From sequence record PV435126.1: a DNA stretch of 64,000 nt; one strand, 5' to 3'. The translations under genes and the position numbers were made by a program. The notes beneath the pieces are model-generated. The model saw only the letters and a program-made list of their open reading frames with translations. It was not told the origin of the DNA and did not search any database. Positions within the stretch are counted from its first letter, which is position 1, and each line of letters opens with the position of its first letter. Below are positions 46,200 through 55,775 of this stretch, piece after piece. The stretch is from Escherichia phage EPFV3-03/2025.

Positions 46200-46483
46200 G
46201 AGCCACCGTATTATTAGTTGCTTGCTTGCTGCTGTGCGGGTGTGCGACAAGTGTCGAAAAAGAATACAAGATTGACCCTCCGGATGTAGGAAGGTTGATT
46301 GTTAAACCTCCCGAGGGTGCTATGAAACCACCTGCTAAAGCTATCCCTTTGAAGAAAGGTGCGCCAGATGCGGTGAATTCTGGCATTATGAGGGATAATA
46401 ACCTGTCTTGTAGTAATGATAGAGCTAAATTGATCATTTTGCAAGACTATATAAGAACACTGTTTCCAAAGGAGAGAGGTTAA
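46196..46483 (+). CDS. o-spanin (Rz1-like lipoprotein)
   Basis: 95 aa; signal plus lipobox-like LLLCGCA, proline-rich mature region. Confidence 0.65.
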   Translation: MRATVLLVACLLLCGCATSVEKEYKIDPPDVGRLIVKPPEGAMKPPAKAIPLKKGAPDAVNSGIMRDNNLSCSNDRAKLIILQDYIRTLFPKERG

Positions 46484-48030
46484 TGTCTAAGATTTACGGA
46501 CCGTGTTCTGAAAAGCAGAAGATGATCCTTGAGAACGATGCAGATATTTTGGTGATCGGAGGTGCAGCAGGTTCTGGCAAGTCGTTCCTCTTGCAGCTAA
46601 TGCCACTTAAAATTATTGATGACCCACACAGCTCTGTGGTTATGTTCCGAAGAACAACTCCACAGTTGGAAGGTGAGGGTGGGCTATGGCCTAAAGCAGT
46701 AGCTATTTACAGTGATCTGCCTGAAAACATTAAACCAAAGTTCAGAGAGAAGGATCATAAGTTTATTTTTCCACGGTTTGATCCGAGCACTGGCAAGTGG
46801 GACAGGAGCAAAAAAGGGGCCGTTGTAAAATACTGCCACATGGAGTATGTCCAAGATAAGCTTAACCATCAAGGCCTTGAGTACACCATGGTTTGCTTCG
46901 ATGAAGGCACGCAATTCGAATGGGAGCAGATAGACTATTTGATGTCTCGTCTGCGATCTCAGTCAAAGTATCCATCAAGAATGGTTATCAGTTGTAACCC
47001 CGACTCAGAACACATGCTTGCCAAACTGGTTAGGTGGTGGTTGGACGATGAAGGGTATCCAGATCCGGAGAAATGTGGTAAGAAAAGATATTTTATCCGA
47101 CGCGACGGTGAGTTTATCTGGGGAGACTCTAAAGAGGAGTTAATAGAGAAATACACCACGGTTAACGGACTGGGTGTGGAGATCAAGCCAAGACCGTTGT
47201 CATTCTCGTTTATAGGTGCAACAATTTTCGATAATCCTGTCTGCTTGAGAGACAACCCAGAATACCTTGCTTTCCTTGAAGGTCTACCAGAGCTTGAAAA
47301 AGCCCAGCTTCTTCATGGCAACTGGTTTGCCAAACCTGAGGGTGCAAACTATTTCCAAAGATCTTTCCTTCGTGATGCCGATAGAGTACCTCTTGGATCA
47401 GTATCTTGCAGGGCATGGGATAAGGCAGGAACCGAGAGAACTTCCGGTAATAAATTTCCTGACTTTACTGCCAGTGTTAAGGTAAGTAAAGATAGCGACG
47501 GTTTTTATTACCTGTCCGGGGATTATTGTCCTGAGAACGTGGATGACGGTAGGTATTCCACAGGTCTGGAAGGTAAGTTCTGTAAAAAGGCTGGGGAACG
47601 AGATGTGATCATCAGGAAACAGGCGCAGTTTGATGGAGATGATTGCATAATCGTATTTTCTGTGGACCCCGGTCAGGCAGGTAAGAGTGAGTTCTTAACC
47701 TCGTCCAGATCCTTGCTCGCCGAAGGGTTCAGGGTTGAAGAAGATCCGATGCCTTCCAACAAATCTAAACTGACAAGGTTCTCACCTTTTGCCAATCTTG
47801 CCCAACAAGGAATGGTGAGGATTGTAAAATCCAGTTTCCATCCTGACACTCTGGAAGCATTTCTGACTGAACTTGAAAAGTTCAACGGGGAAAGATCAAC
47901 ATTTAACAGAAAAGACGACTGGGCCGACTGTGTAGCTTCTGCGATTAATTTCTTGGAGAAAGAGGAGGTAGCACTGCCTTGTGTGATTCCATCAATCTCA
48001 TCACCTTCTATGTTCAAGCGTTTTATCTAA
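46483..48030 (+). CDS. terminase large subunit
   Basis: 515 aa; Walker A VIGGAAGSGKS, Walker B-like MVCFDEG; followed by the portal gene. Confidence 0.85.
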   Translation: MSKIYGPCSEKQKMILENDADILVIGGAAGSGKSFLLQLMPLKIIDDPHSSVVMFRRTTPQLEGEGGLWPKAVAIYSDLPENIKPKFREKDHKFIFPRFDPSTGKWDRSKKGAVVKYCHMEYVQDKLNHQGLEYTMVCFDEGTQFEWEQIDYLMSRLRSQSKYPSRMVISCNPDSEHMLAKLVRWWLDDEGYPDPEKCGKKRYFIRRDGEFIWGDSKEELIEKYTTVNGLGVEIKPRPLSFSFIGATIFDNPVCLRDNPEYLAFLEGLPELEKAQLLHGNWFAKPEGANYFQRSFLRDADRVPLGSVSCRAWDKAGTERTSGNKFPDFTASVKVSKDSDGFYYLSGDYCPENVDDGRYSTGLEGKFCKKAGERDVIIRKQAQFDGDDCIIVFSVDPGQAGKSEFLTSSRSLLAEGFRVEEDPMPSNKSKLTRFSPFANLAQQGMVRIVKSSFHPDTLEAFLTELEKFNGERSTFNRKDDWADCVASAINFLEKEEVALPCVIPSISSPSMFKRFI

Positions 48031-48033
48031 GTG

Positions 48034-48062
48034 TTGCCAATCTTAATTAGATGTGGTAGAAT
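48034..48062 (+). promoter_or_regulatory. sigma70-like promoter
   Basis: TTGCCA-N17-TGgTAGAAT upstream of the portal gene. Confidence 0.45.
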
Positions 48063-48132
48063 AGAGTAATCGGAGATACTAGCCCTCTGACACGAGGGCT
48101 ATTTTGTTATACTGTTTTGAGGGGTAAAGCTT

Positions 48133-49689
48133 GTGTCCAAAAAGAACCGCAGGAAACACAACGCCACAGCCAAAACTGTGAATAAATCTGGGAACGCAGG
48201 CGCACCAACTCATAATGTTCGTATGAGTGAGATCGGTTCTGGCGCACTTTCCCAAATTATGGCAGAATCACAATCTATGATGGTTGAGGAATTGCGTTGG
48301 CCTCAGCTGATTGCCACAGTGGAGACTATGAAATGTGATTCCACAGTTGCTACTGCCTTAGATACAAAATATGTTTTCATCACGAAAGCATTTAATGATT
48401 TTAAGATCCTTTATAATGTTAAAAGTGAAGACTCTAAGAAAGCTGCCGAGCTTATAGAGTATTCTTTGCGTAATTTGGCAAACCAGCAAACTCTTCGAGA
48501 TATTGCAAGAAGCGCAGCTACCTTTAACGAGTATGGTTTTTCACTGTTTGAGAAAGTATACCGCAGAGAGAAAGAAGGTAAATATGCCGGGATGCTTCTT
48601 ATTGATAAAATTGCATTCCGACCTCAGGCCAGTTTGTCCAGATCAGAGCCGTTTGTCTTTGACAAGAATAGTAGAACACTGACAGGTATTTATCAATCAC
48701 CTAATGCATTTCTAAACACGCAGAATGCACGCTGGGCTGGCCCTCTTGCTGCAATGCCTTCAAAAGGCTTTAATGAGCCTGAAATTTTCATCCCTGCCAA
48801 GAAGCTTATGCTCATGACCTTGTCAGGAACAGAGTCTAATCCTGCAGGTGTGTCACCGATGATAGGTTGCTACAGATCTTTCCGTGAGAAAGTTCTGATT
48901 GAAAACCTTGAGGTTGTTGGCTGCTCCAAAGACCTTGGTGGTGTGCTTGAGCTGAAAATTCCTTCCAATATTCTGAACAAGGCCAGCATTGACCCGAATT
49001 CAATGGAAGGGAGAATGGTTGCAGATCTTATGCTTGACGCAGCAAATGCCCACAGTGGGGAGCAAAGTTTCTTTATACTTCCGTCTGATAGAGATAAGTC
49101 TGGTAAAGAGCTTTACTCCATGACCCTGAAGGGGGTTGACGGCATGGGTAAGCAGTATTCCACTAAAGATTTGATTGATGCCCGTAAGAAGGCGATTCTT
49201 GACCGTTTCGGTGCTGGCTTTATTAACCTCGGTAACGATAACGTTGGATCCTTCTCTCTGTCTGAGTCAAAACAATCTATCCATGGTCATTTTGTTCAGC
49301 GTGATATAGATATTATCACTGAGGCCTTCAATAAAGATCTTATTCCACAGCTTCTGGCATTGAATGGTATCATCCTTGAAGATGATGATATGCCTAAACT
49401 GAAACCTGGTCTGATTGAAGAAGTGGACATGGAGAGCTTCTCCAAGTTTGTCCAGAGGATCGGTGCTGTAGGTTACTTGCCAAAAACTCCTGCAGTAATT
49501 AATAAGATTCTTGAAGTAGGCGGGTTTGATGAAAGATTTGACGAAGACATGGATCAGGAAGAGCTGATGAAGCTCTTGGGCCAGGATATCAGCAGGGCTG
49601 GTGATGGTATGGCTGCAGGATCCACTGGCAACGGCACTTCTAAGATGTCATCAACCAGAGATAATTCCATATCTAACATGGAAAATTAA
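48133..49689 (+). CDS. portal protein (by position and size)
   Basis: 518-aa ORF, GTG start, immediately after the large terminase. Confidence 0.6.
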   Translation: MSKKNRRKHNATAKTVNKSGNAGAPTHNVRMSEIGSGALSQIMAESQSMMVEELRWPQLIATVETMKCDSTVATALDTKYVFITKAFNDFKILYNVKSEDSKKAAELIEYSLRNLANQQTLRDIARSAATFNEYGFSLFEKVYRREKEGKYAGMLLIDKIAFRPQASLSRSEPFVFDKNSRTLTGIYQSPNAFLNTQNARWAGPLAAMPSKGFNEPEIFIPAKKLMLMTLSGTESNPAGVSPMIGCYRSFREKVLIENLEVVGCSKDLGGVLELKIPSNILNKASIDPNSMEGRMVADLMLDAANAHSGEQSFFILPSDRDKSGKELYSMTLKGVDGMGKQYSTKDLIDARKKAILDRFGAGFINLGNDNVGSFSLSESKQSIHGHFVQRDIDIITEAFNKDLIPQLLALNGIILEDDDMPKLKPGLIEEVDMESFSKFVQRIGAVGYLPKTPAVINKILEVGGFDERFDEDMDQEELMKLLGQDISRAGDGMAAGSTGNGTSKMSSTRDNSISNMEN

Positions 49690-49744
49690 AAATTATCAAC
49701 ACAGGGGGTTGCAAAACCTCCTTTGGCGTGATAAAATAATCCAC

Positions 49745-50176
49745 ATGGGGAATAAGATGCCACAGGAAGAAATGATTTCCTACGAAATCATCTACGAACC
49801 TGACACTAAAGATGCTCACGGTGAGTGGATGAGTAAAGACACCATCAAAAAGGCTAAAGATAACTGGGACGCAGCATACGCCGCAGGCCTAGTTTCTGAA
49901 AACCTTTTTCACTTGACCTCTACAGATGCTTTCACCATTGAAAAGACGTGGATTCAAGAAGAGTTTGATGTTGTAGTGATTGGCACTGAGCAGGTCATCA
50001 AGGCTGGCTCTTGGGTTGCTAAAGTTAAATACAATAATCCTGAATTATGGGAAGCTAAGAAGGCTGGCATTGTTGGTGGCCTAAGCATTCAGGCAACAGG
50101 TAATGTTGATGAAGAGACTGGTGAAATTACCAACGTAAACTTCGGAATCAGTGTTGTAGAAGAGGGCAATGAATAA
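49745..50176 (+). CDS. hypothetical head-module protein
   Basis: ORF 49601..50176 trimmed to a start beyond the portal stop. Confidence 0.4.
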   Translation: MGNKMPQEEMISYEIIYEPDTKDAHGEWMSKDTIKKAKDNWDAAYAAGLVSENLFHLTSTDAFTIEKTWIQEEFDVVVIGTEQVIKAGSWVAKVKYNNPELWEAKKAGIVGGLSIQATGNVDEETGEITNVNFGISVVEEGNE

Positions 50177-51153
50177 TGTCTGAAAAAACGATTACTATTA
50201 AAGAGAAGGGGATTGCCCTGTGCCATAAGGCGCAAGGCTATAGCGCTAACAACAGACCTGTATCTCTTTTGATGAAGAGTGATCTTCAGCCTGAGCAGTT
50301 AACAGAAGATATTGTTAAGGCACTTCGCCAAGTTACTGTGGAGCTTAGTTTTGAAGAATACCTGCGTCGTTTCTTCGATATGTGGTATGACGATGCCAAG
50401 GCACTTGCACACATGCTTGGTTTTGAGGTTGAAGAGGAAGCTTGGGCTAAAGAGCATCCTGATTGGGAATGGGCGCAAGCTGACGCAGAGTCTTGTATTG
50501 CATGGCTGGAAGAGCGTTGTGATAACGTGACCATTCATAAAGCTGCAAAAGAAGGCAAGCAGCTTAGTGTGGTAGATCAGTACAGCCTGTTAAAAACACA
50601 ACAGATTTTTGAACAAGTAACCGCTGATCTCTTCGATAAAGAAGGGAACCTGATCAAGGCGGTACAGGAACCTACTGAGGTAGATAAAACTACCGAGGTG
50701 GATGATGTTGCAAAATCCGCAAATACCGAGGAGAATCCGGTGGACGTAACCAAAACTAAAGAGTATCTGGATCTGCTGAAGCAAGTAGAAGAGCTGAAAG
50801 CAACCCAGAGTAAAGCTGAAGAAATCATCAAGGCCCAGGTTGAAGTTGAAAAAGCTAAAATGCTGACTAAAGCTCAAGCTTTAAGCTTTGTTGGTGAAGA
50901 AGATCATGCAACCCTGGTTGACTTCATGCTGGAAAAAGCTAACGAACCTATTGTAGCTATGCTGGAGAAAGCTCAAGCCAAAATTGAAGAGCTGGAAGCA
51001 GAGGTGCATAAAACCAAAGAAGAGTTTGCCACCACTGAACATGGTAATGATGGCGAACCTGTTGTGGATGATATTGCAAAATCCGCAGAAGAAATTCTTG
51101 CTGAAAACGTTGCAAAAGCACTTGCTCGTGCACGTGCAGAATCTACCAAATAA
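50176..51153 (+). CDS. putative scaffolding protein
   Basis: 325 aa, acidic and helix-rich (EELKATQSKAEEIIKAQVEVEKAK); between portal and capsid genes. Confidence 0.5.
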   Translation: MSEKTITIKEKGIALCHKAQGYSANNRPVSLLMKSDLQPEQLTEDIVKALRQVTVELSFEEYLRRFFDMWYDDAKALAHMLGFEVEEEAWAKEHPDWEWAQADAESCIAWLEERCDNVTIHKAAKEGKQLSVVDQYSLLKTQQIFEQVTADLFDKEGNLIKAVQEPTEVDKTTEVDDVAKSANTEENPVDVTKTKEYLDLLKQVEELKATQSKAEEIIKAQVEVEKAKMLTKAQALSFVGEEDHATLVDFMLEKANEPIVAMLEKAQAKIEELEAEVHKTKEEFATTEHGNDGEPVVDDIAKSAEEILAENVAKALARARAESTK

Positions 51154-51173
51154 GACATTAACGGGGGAAATAA

Positions 51174-51563
51174 ATGATTACCGCTCAATATTCTGATATC
51201 GTGCTCGGCAAAGTTGATTCTAGCGATGCTGGCTACAATTTTAAAGAGATGGAAATTACACTGACAGAGCATCACCACGCTGGCACGGTTGTGACCAAAG
51301 ATGGTAGCATTGCCAATCAGGACGGTTCAGACGCTTACGGCGTTCTGGTGGATCGTGCTTTAATTCCAGACTCTGCTGGTAAAGTGCATATCGCTGAACC
51401 TCTTGGCACAAAGAAATATAAACTGGTTGTTGCCGTGCGTGGTGTTACTTTTGCCAAGGATAAATTGCTGGCAACTGGTGGCGCTAAAGCAGCACAGGCT
51501 GTGTTAGACAAGCTTGAGGCTCTGGGTAACAAGGTTCAAGTCCAGACCCTTGGTGATGAGTAA
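51174..51563 (+). CDS. putative head decoration protein
   Basis: 129-aa ORF directly upstream of the putative major capsid gene, as with lambda D before E. Confidence 0.4.
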   Translation: MITAQYSDIVLGKVDSSDAGYNFKEMEITLTEHHHAGTVVTKDGSIANQDGSDAYGVLVDRALIPDSAGKVHIAEPLGTKKYKLVVAVRGVTFAKDKLLATGGAKAAQAVLDKLEALGNKVQVQTLGDE

Positions 51564-51611
51564 GCCCTAAATTGTTCGGGAAAATATTTAAGTTTTACTT
51601 TGGAGAAATAA

Positions 51612-52622
51612 ATGATTACTCGTAAAGATGAATTTGGCATTGTTGATTTAGGTGCTACTCTGGACCTTGTTCCGCGTCAATTTCGCCTGATCACTGGTAT
51701 GGATCTGTTCGAAACCCGTCTCGGCACCTCAACAATTGCTCAGATCGAGCGTGTTGATGAAGTTGTAACCGACATTCCGGCACGCCGTCGTGGTGGTGAG
51801 CGTAACTACGTTGGTAGTGAACGTGCTCAGGTTAAAAACCTGAACATCCCGTTCTTCCCTCTGGACAAAGGCATCACTGCCGCAGATGTTCAGAACTTCC
51901 GTCGTTACTTCACCCCTGATGCTCCGAAAACTGTTCAGGACGTAGTAACCCGCGTTGTTCGCCGTATCCGTGTTTCTCATGAAGCACTGCGTGAGAAAGC
52001 GCTGTTCCAGGCTATTCTGGGTAAATCCTATGCACCGGGTGACACAACCTGTCAGTATGACTATTACACTCTGTGGGGTGTGACTCAGAAGTCTGTTGAG
52101 ATTGACCCTGCAAAAGCAGATCAGGATCCTATGGAGGTTCTGGAAGAAGCTCGTCTGCACATCGCACTGCAAGCTGGTGATAACGCAGCTGGCTATCGTA
52201 TTGTAGCTCTGTGCTCACCAGAGTTCTTCAGCGCTATTACCCATCACCCGCTGGTAGAACTGGCATACACCTACTACGGCTCTGCTCAGGAACCTCTGCG
52301 TCGCCGTCTGGGTGCTGGCGGTCAAGACAGCGTATACCGTGTGTTTGAACATAAAGGTATCACCTTTATCGAAGATATCTCTGGCAATATTCCTAAGAAA
52401 GAAGCTCGCATTCTGCCGATGGGTATTGATCAGATGTTCCAGCTGCACTTTGCTCCGGCAGATGATGTTAACGAAGCAAACACCCCAGCACAGGAACTGT
52501 ACATGTGGTATAAACACTCTGCATACCTGCGTGAAGAGAAGATTGAATCTGAAACTTCCATGCTGGCAGTTAACACCCGTCCAGAGCTGGTTGTTAAAGT
52601 AACTCTGAAAAACGGTGGCTAA
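51612..52622 (+). CDS. putative major capsid protein
   Basis: 336 aa; position in head module; codon usage strongly biased (ctg, cgt, ggt); followed by a strong terminator. Confidence 0.6.
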   Translation: MITRKDEFGIVDLGATLDLVPRQFRLITGMDLFETRLGTSTIAQIERVDEVVTDIPARRRGGERNYVGSERAQVKNLNIPFFPLDKGITAADVQNFRRYFTPDAPKTVQDVVTRVVRRIRVSHEALREKALFQAILGKSYAPGDTTCQYDYYTLWGVTQKSVEIDPAKADQDPMEVLEEARLHIALQAGDNAAGYRIVALCSPEFFSAITHHPLVELAYTYYGSAQEPLRRRLGAGGQDSVYRVFEHKGITFIEDISGNIPKKEARILPMGIDQMFQLHFAPADDVNEANTPAQELYMWYKHSAYLREEKIESETSMLAVNTRPELVVKVTLKNGG

Positions 52623-52646
52623 TCACTAAGGTGATTCATCCCATAT

Positions 52647-52679
52647 GGGGAGGGGGTTCTCCCCCTCCCCTTTTTATTT
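52647..52679 (+). terminator. rho-independent terminator
   Basis: Perfect 10-bp stem ggggaggggg/ccccctcccc with ttct loop, then TTTTT. Confidence 0.75.
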
Positions 52680-52703
52680 ATTAGGGTTTAACAGGAGTGT
52701 CCC

Positions 52704-53519
52704 GTGAAGAGAGCCGTATATCCAGTTGAGTATGATCCTCTATTAAGAGTTTTCAACAATCAGTTAAGTTTCTATCAATTTTTAGCACAATATAACCCAG
52801 AAATCAATGTTGGTTTATCAGCCCTGCTGCCACCAACAGAATTCGTTATTGGCAGTGTTCACTATCCGTGCAGAACTATTGTAGACTTCTTCGAGAAGAT
52901 TGCAAAACATACAGGCCTGCCAATTGATACTGGTATTTCAACTATCCGTATGGGTGTTATTCTTCTGTTCTTCACAGAGAACCTTGATGAAAGCACTTTA
53001 ACACTGCAAAGCGGGGATGTCAATATCACACTCACTCCGTCAGTGTTTAAAGAGGTAGATGCTGCTTTCAAAGTTTCCGTGGCAGAGGGACATCTGTGGG
53101 ACCCTGTAGGGATGCCTAAAAAAGTGACCATAAACGATGAGCAATGCAGCATTGTTTATGAAGAAGATACTCAAACTTTCACTATTGAGTGGCCTAAGAA
53201 ACGTTCTCAGGTTGTAAATCTTGGACTGACCTCTACAGTGGCTCCAGAGCCTGAACCTGAAGTGCCGGAACCACCTCTTGAGGGTGACAGTGAAGGTCCT
53301 GTAGCAGATCCACAAGATGTGGCTGTAGCCTCTTTCGCATCTGCAGCTGTTGAGAATAAGGATGAAATCCTTAAACAGGCCGCAGCTCTTAACAACGAAG
53401 ATGACAAAAGTGGTTCAAAAGATGCACTCCAAACCTTTGCTAAAGAGTACGGTGTTACCTTAAGTAAGGCAAAAACTTTCCAAAATATGATGAAAGATTT
53501 TGAGGCTGCACTGGCATAA
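52704..53519 (+). CDS. hypothetical structural protein
   Basis: 271-aa ORF with proline/glutamate-rich linker (PEPEPEVPEPP). Confidence 0.5.
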   Translation: MKRAVYPVEYDPLLRVFNNQLSFYQFLAQYNPEINVGLSALLPPTEFVIGSVHYPCRTIVDFFEKIAKHTGLPIDTGISTIRMGVILLFFTENLDESTLTLQSGDVNITLTPSVFKEVDAAFKVSVAEGHLWDPVGMPKKVTINDEQCSIVYEEDTQTFTIEWPKKRSQVVNLGLTSTVAPEPEPEVPEPPLEGDSEGPVADPQDVAVASFASAAVENKDEILKQAAALNNEDDKSGSKDALQTFAKEYGVTLSKAKTFQNMMKDFEAALA

Positions 53520-53578
53520 TTTTGTTAAGGCCCCTTCCAAATCAGGAATGGGGCTTTATTTTTACGAGGTATTTTCAA

Positions 53579-54199
53579 ATGGCATGGTATGAAGATGAAG
53601 AGATTATCCCGTCCCCGCCTAACCAGGATGGTGTAGTCGATACCCCAGAAGAACCACCAAAAGAAGATCCTGCACCTTCTGAACCTGATCCAGACCAACC
53701 TCTTATTGATATTATGAGGTTATTGCTTGGCAATGTTGATGAGGAAACACTTCCTGATGAGGTAATTAAAACATTCCTTGACATGGAGAAGCTGAAACTA
53801 AATTATCCGGCAGATCCTGATAAGCTACCTCTTCTTAAATACAATGTGCTTGTGCAGCTTGTGCGGTGGCTGATGATGCAGGAAGTGTCCAGCGGTAATG
53901 CAAGTATAACTTCTCGTCTGGAAAAAATAGGTGATGAGACCATAGAGATTCGTGGCGGGTCTTCTTACGCCCAGTGGAAAGATTTCCTTGATTGGCTGCT
54001 GGCACATCCGGATTATGTAGACTCTGAGCTAGACGCTTACAGCAGAATGATTATCATCGGTGGTGTTCGTGTAGACGAAGGTATTCGGGTTAAATTTAAT
54101 GAAAACAGTAACGGCCCGTTCGATGTTCAGGGAATTACACCTATCAGTGGTCTAAATAATCAACCTCCTCGCCACCCAAGACGCAAACGCAGTTTTTAA
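53579..54199 (+). CDS. hypothetical head-tail connector protein
   Basis: ORF 53522..54199 trimmed to internal start MAWYEDEE. Confidence 0.45.
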   Translation: MAWYEDEEIIPSPPNQDGVVDTPEEPPKEDPAPSEPDPDQPLIDIMRLLLGNVDEETLPDEVIKTFLDMEKLKLNYPADPDKLPLLKYNVLVQLVRWLMMQEVSSGNASITSRLEKIGDETIEIRGGSSYAQWKDFLDWLLAHPDYVDSELDAYSRMIIIGGVRVDEGIRVKFNENSNGPFDVQGITPISGLNNQPPRHPRRKRSF

Positions 54200-54205
54200 A
54201 AATTG

Positions 54206-54234
54206 TTGCTTTTGATGTATCTTTGTGGTAAAAT
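54206..54234 (+). promoter_or_regulatory. sigma70-like promoter
   Basis: TTGCTT-N17-TGgTAAAAT; the -10 context tggtaaaatac is shared with the promoter at 57727. Confidence 0.45.
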
Positions 54235-54252
54235 ACATTAGTGAGGAATATA

Positions 54253-54717
54253 ATGCTAAAGGTTAAATGTCAAACCAGGTTCAACCTAAAGCGTTTAGAT
54301 CGCTTTTACAAAGACCTTGTGAAACTCGAAAGCAAAACAATAACCTACGGCTTTTATGATGAACCTCACCCGTCAGGCTTAAATATGGCAACATTGGCAG
54401 CTATTCACAACTTCGGTTGGAACGGACTGCCTGTTCGCAATTTCATGGAGACGGCCTTTGCATTTCACAGCACGCAACTGCAGACCTTGACAGAAAAATT
54501 GTTGAGAGCTATGGCTAGAGGATCAAGTGCAGAGGCTGTTCTTAAGCAGATGGGAGACACAGGGGCCAAAGCTATCCAGTTTGTTATTGAGGCTGGGCAG
54601 TTTAGTAACCCTACTGTTAGTGAGCAGTGGGCACAAGAGAAGGGCTTCAACGAGGCTATGCGGCATTACGATGTGCTGCTGGAATCTGCAACCTTTAAAA
54701 TTGGACAGCAAAAATAA
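54253..54717 (+). CDS. hypothetical virion morphogenesis protein
   Basis: ORF 54241..54717, start probably MLKVKCQ. Confidence 0.5.
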   Translation: MLKVKCQTRFNLKRLDRFYKDLVKLESKTITYGFYDEPHPSGLNMATLAAIHNFGWNGLPVRNFMETAFAFHSTQLQTLTEKLLRAMARGSSAEAVLKQMGDTGAKAIQFVIEAGQFSNPTVSEQWAQEKGFNEAMRHYDVLLESATFKIGQQK

Positions 54718-54726
54718 GGGGGTTGA

Positions 54727-55152
54727 GTGGCAGCAGGTTATAAGCTGATAGGAAAGAACAGGCTAATACCCCGTAAAACATTCAAAGGTCGCCACAGAGT
54801 GTATAACAAAACAGTTGGTGGTCCTTTTGCTAACGAGGGGTTAGAACTTGAGTATGAAGAGTTTGATGTCTTAGAGTGTGTTGTGCAGCCGTTGACAGGA
54901 AGGGCAGCTAAAGACTACTCCTCTCAAATAAATCCTGAAGGTGACAGACAGTACGAGGCTTTTACGGTTTACTCCTCAACCAAGTTGTATAGTCCAGATG
55001 AAGGAACATATGCAATGGCTGATCAAATTCAACTACCTGACATCCGTGGTGACTTGAAATGGTTTACCGTTTTAAAATGCGATGCATATGTCACGTCTGG
55101 TGGTGGAAGATATAGATTTTTTGTGGTAGAAGAGCCTGAAGGAGAAAACTGA
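54727..55152 (+). CDS. hypothetical structural protein
   Basis: 141-aa ORF, GTG start. Confidence 0.5.
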   Translation: MAAGYKLIGKNRLIPRKTFKGRHRVYNKTVGGPFANEGLELEYEEFDVLECVVQPLTGRAAKDYSSQINPEGDRQYEAFTVYSSTKLYSPDEGTYAMADQIQLPDIRGDLKWFTVLKCDAYVTSGGGRYRFFVVEEPEGEN

Positions 55153-55703
55153 TGGAAGCTTTCGAAAAAGTTTTTTCTGATCTTGAAACAACCATTGCTA
55201 AGCTTGTCAAGGTTGCCACAGGAAGAACTGTAGTTCTGGCAGAAAGCTCTACCATACCGAAGCCGGAAGGTGAGTTTGTACTTTTACAAACCTTGGCGAT
55301 CAATCCCACCACTTGGGAAGATAATGAGTTTCAAGATGCGGAGGGTAATGCTTACGTAACACACAGTTACACTGTTACCTATCTGTTAACAGCTTATCGT
55401 GGCAGGGCACATGCTGCACTTAGCAGAGTATTGCAAGCAATAAATCTTCCAATGTTTTATGACAAGTATTTCCCTCTGGGATCGTGCTTTGCTTACTCTA
55501 ACAATTCAACAATCTCCCCTCAAAGGGTGCCGTTGAATAAGCAGACGTATGAAAATAGAGCCACGGTAATGCTGACATTTAACGTAAGGTTTGTTGAGAC
55601 AGACATTGGGGCTTTTGAGGATCTTCAGGGAATTAAGGCTGAAATAACCACGCACTTCCCTTCACCCAATTCTGATAAATCGGTTACAGACAGTGGTCAG
55701 TAA
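55152..55703 (+). CDS. hypothetical structural protein
   Basis: 183-aa ORF, start overlaps previous stop. Confidence 0.5.
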   Translation: MEAFEKVFSDLETTIAKLVKVATGRTVVLAESSTIPKPEGEFVLLQTLAINPTTWEDNEFQDAEGNAYVTHSYTVTYLLTAYRGRAHAALSRVLQAINLPMFYDKYFPLGSCFAYSNNSTISPQRVPLNKQTYENRATVMLTFNVRFVETDIGAFEDLQGIKAEITTHFPSPNSDKSVTDSGQ

Positions 55704-55775
55704 TCGTTATAATTGTGTAGTGTAATGATTACACTGCGTGTTTGATATCCGTGCACAGATATTAAGAGGAAACAA

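Noticed and set aside
50286-50877. Minus-strand ORFs inside the scaffold gene and other late genes (for example 50286..50877, 51335..52172, 58722..59693)
   Set aside because: Antisense to long, well-supported late genes in a uniformly plus-strand block.
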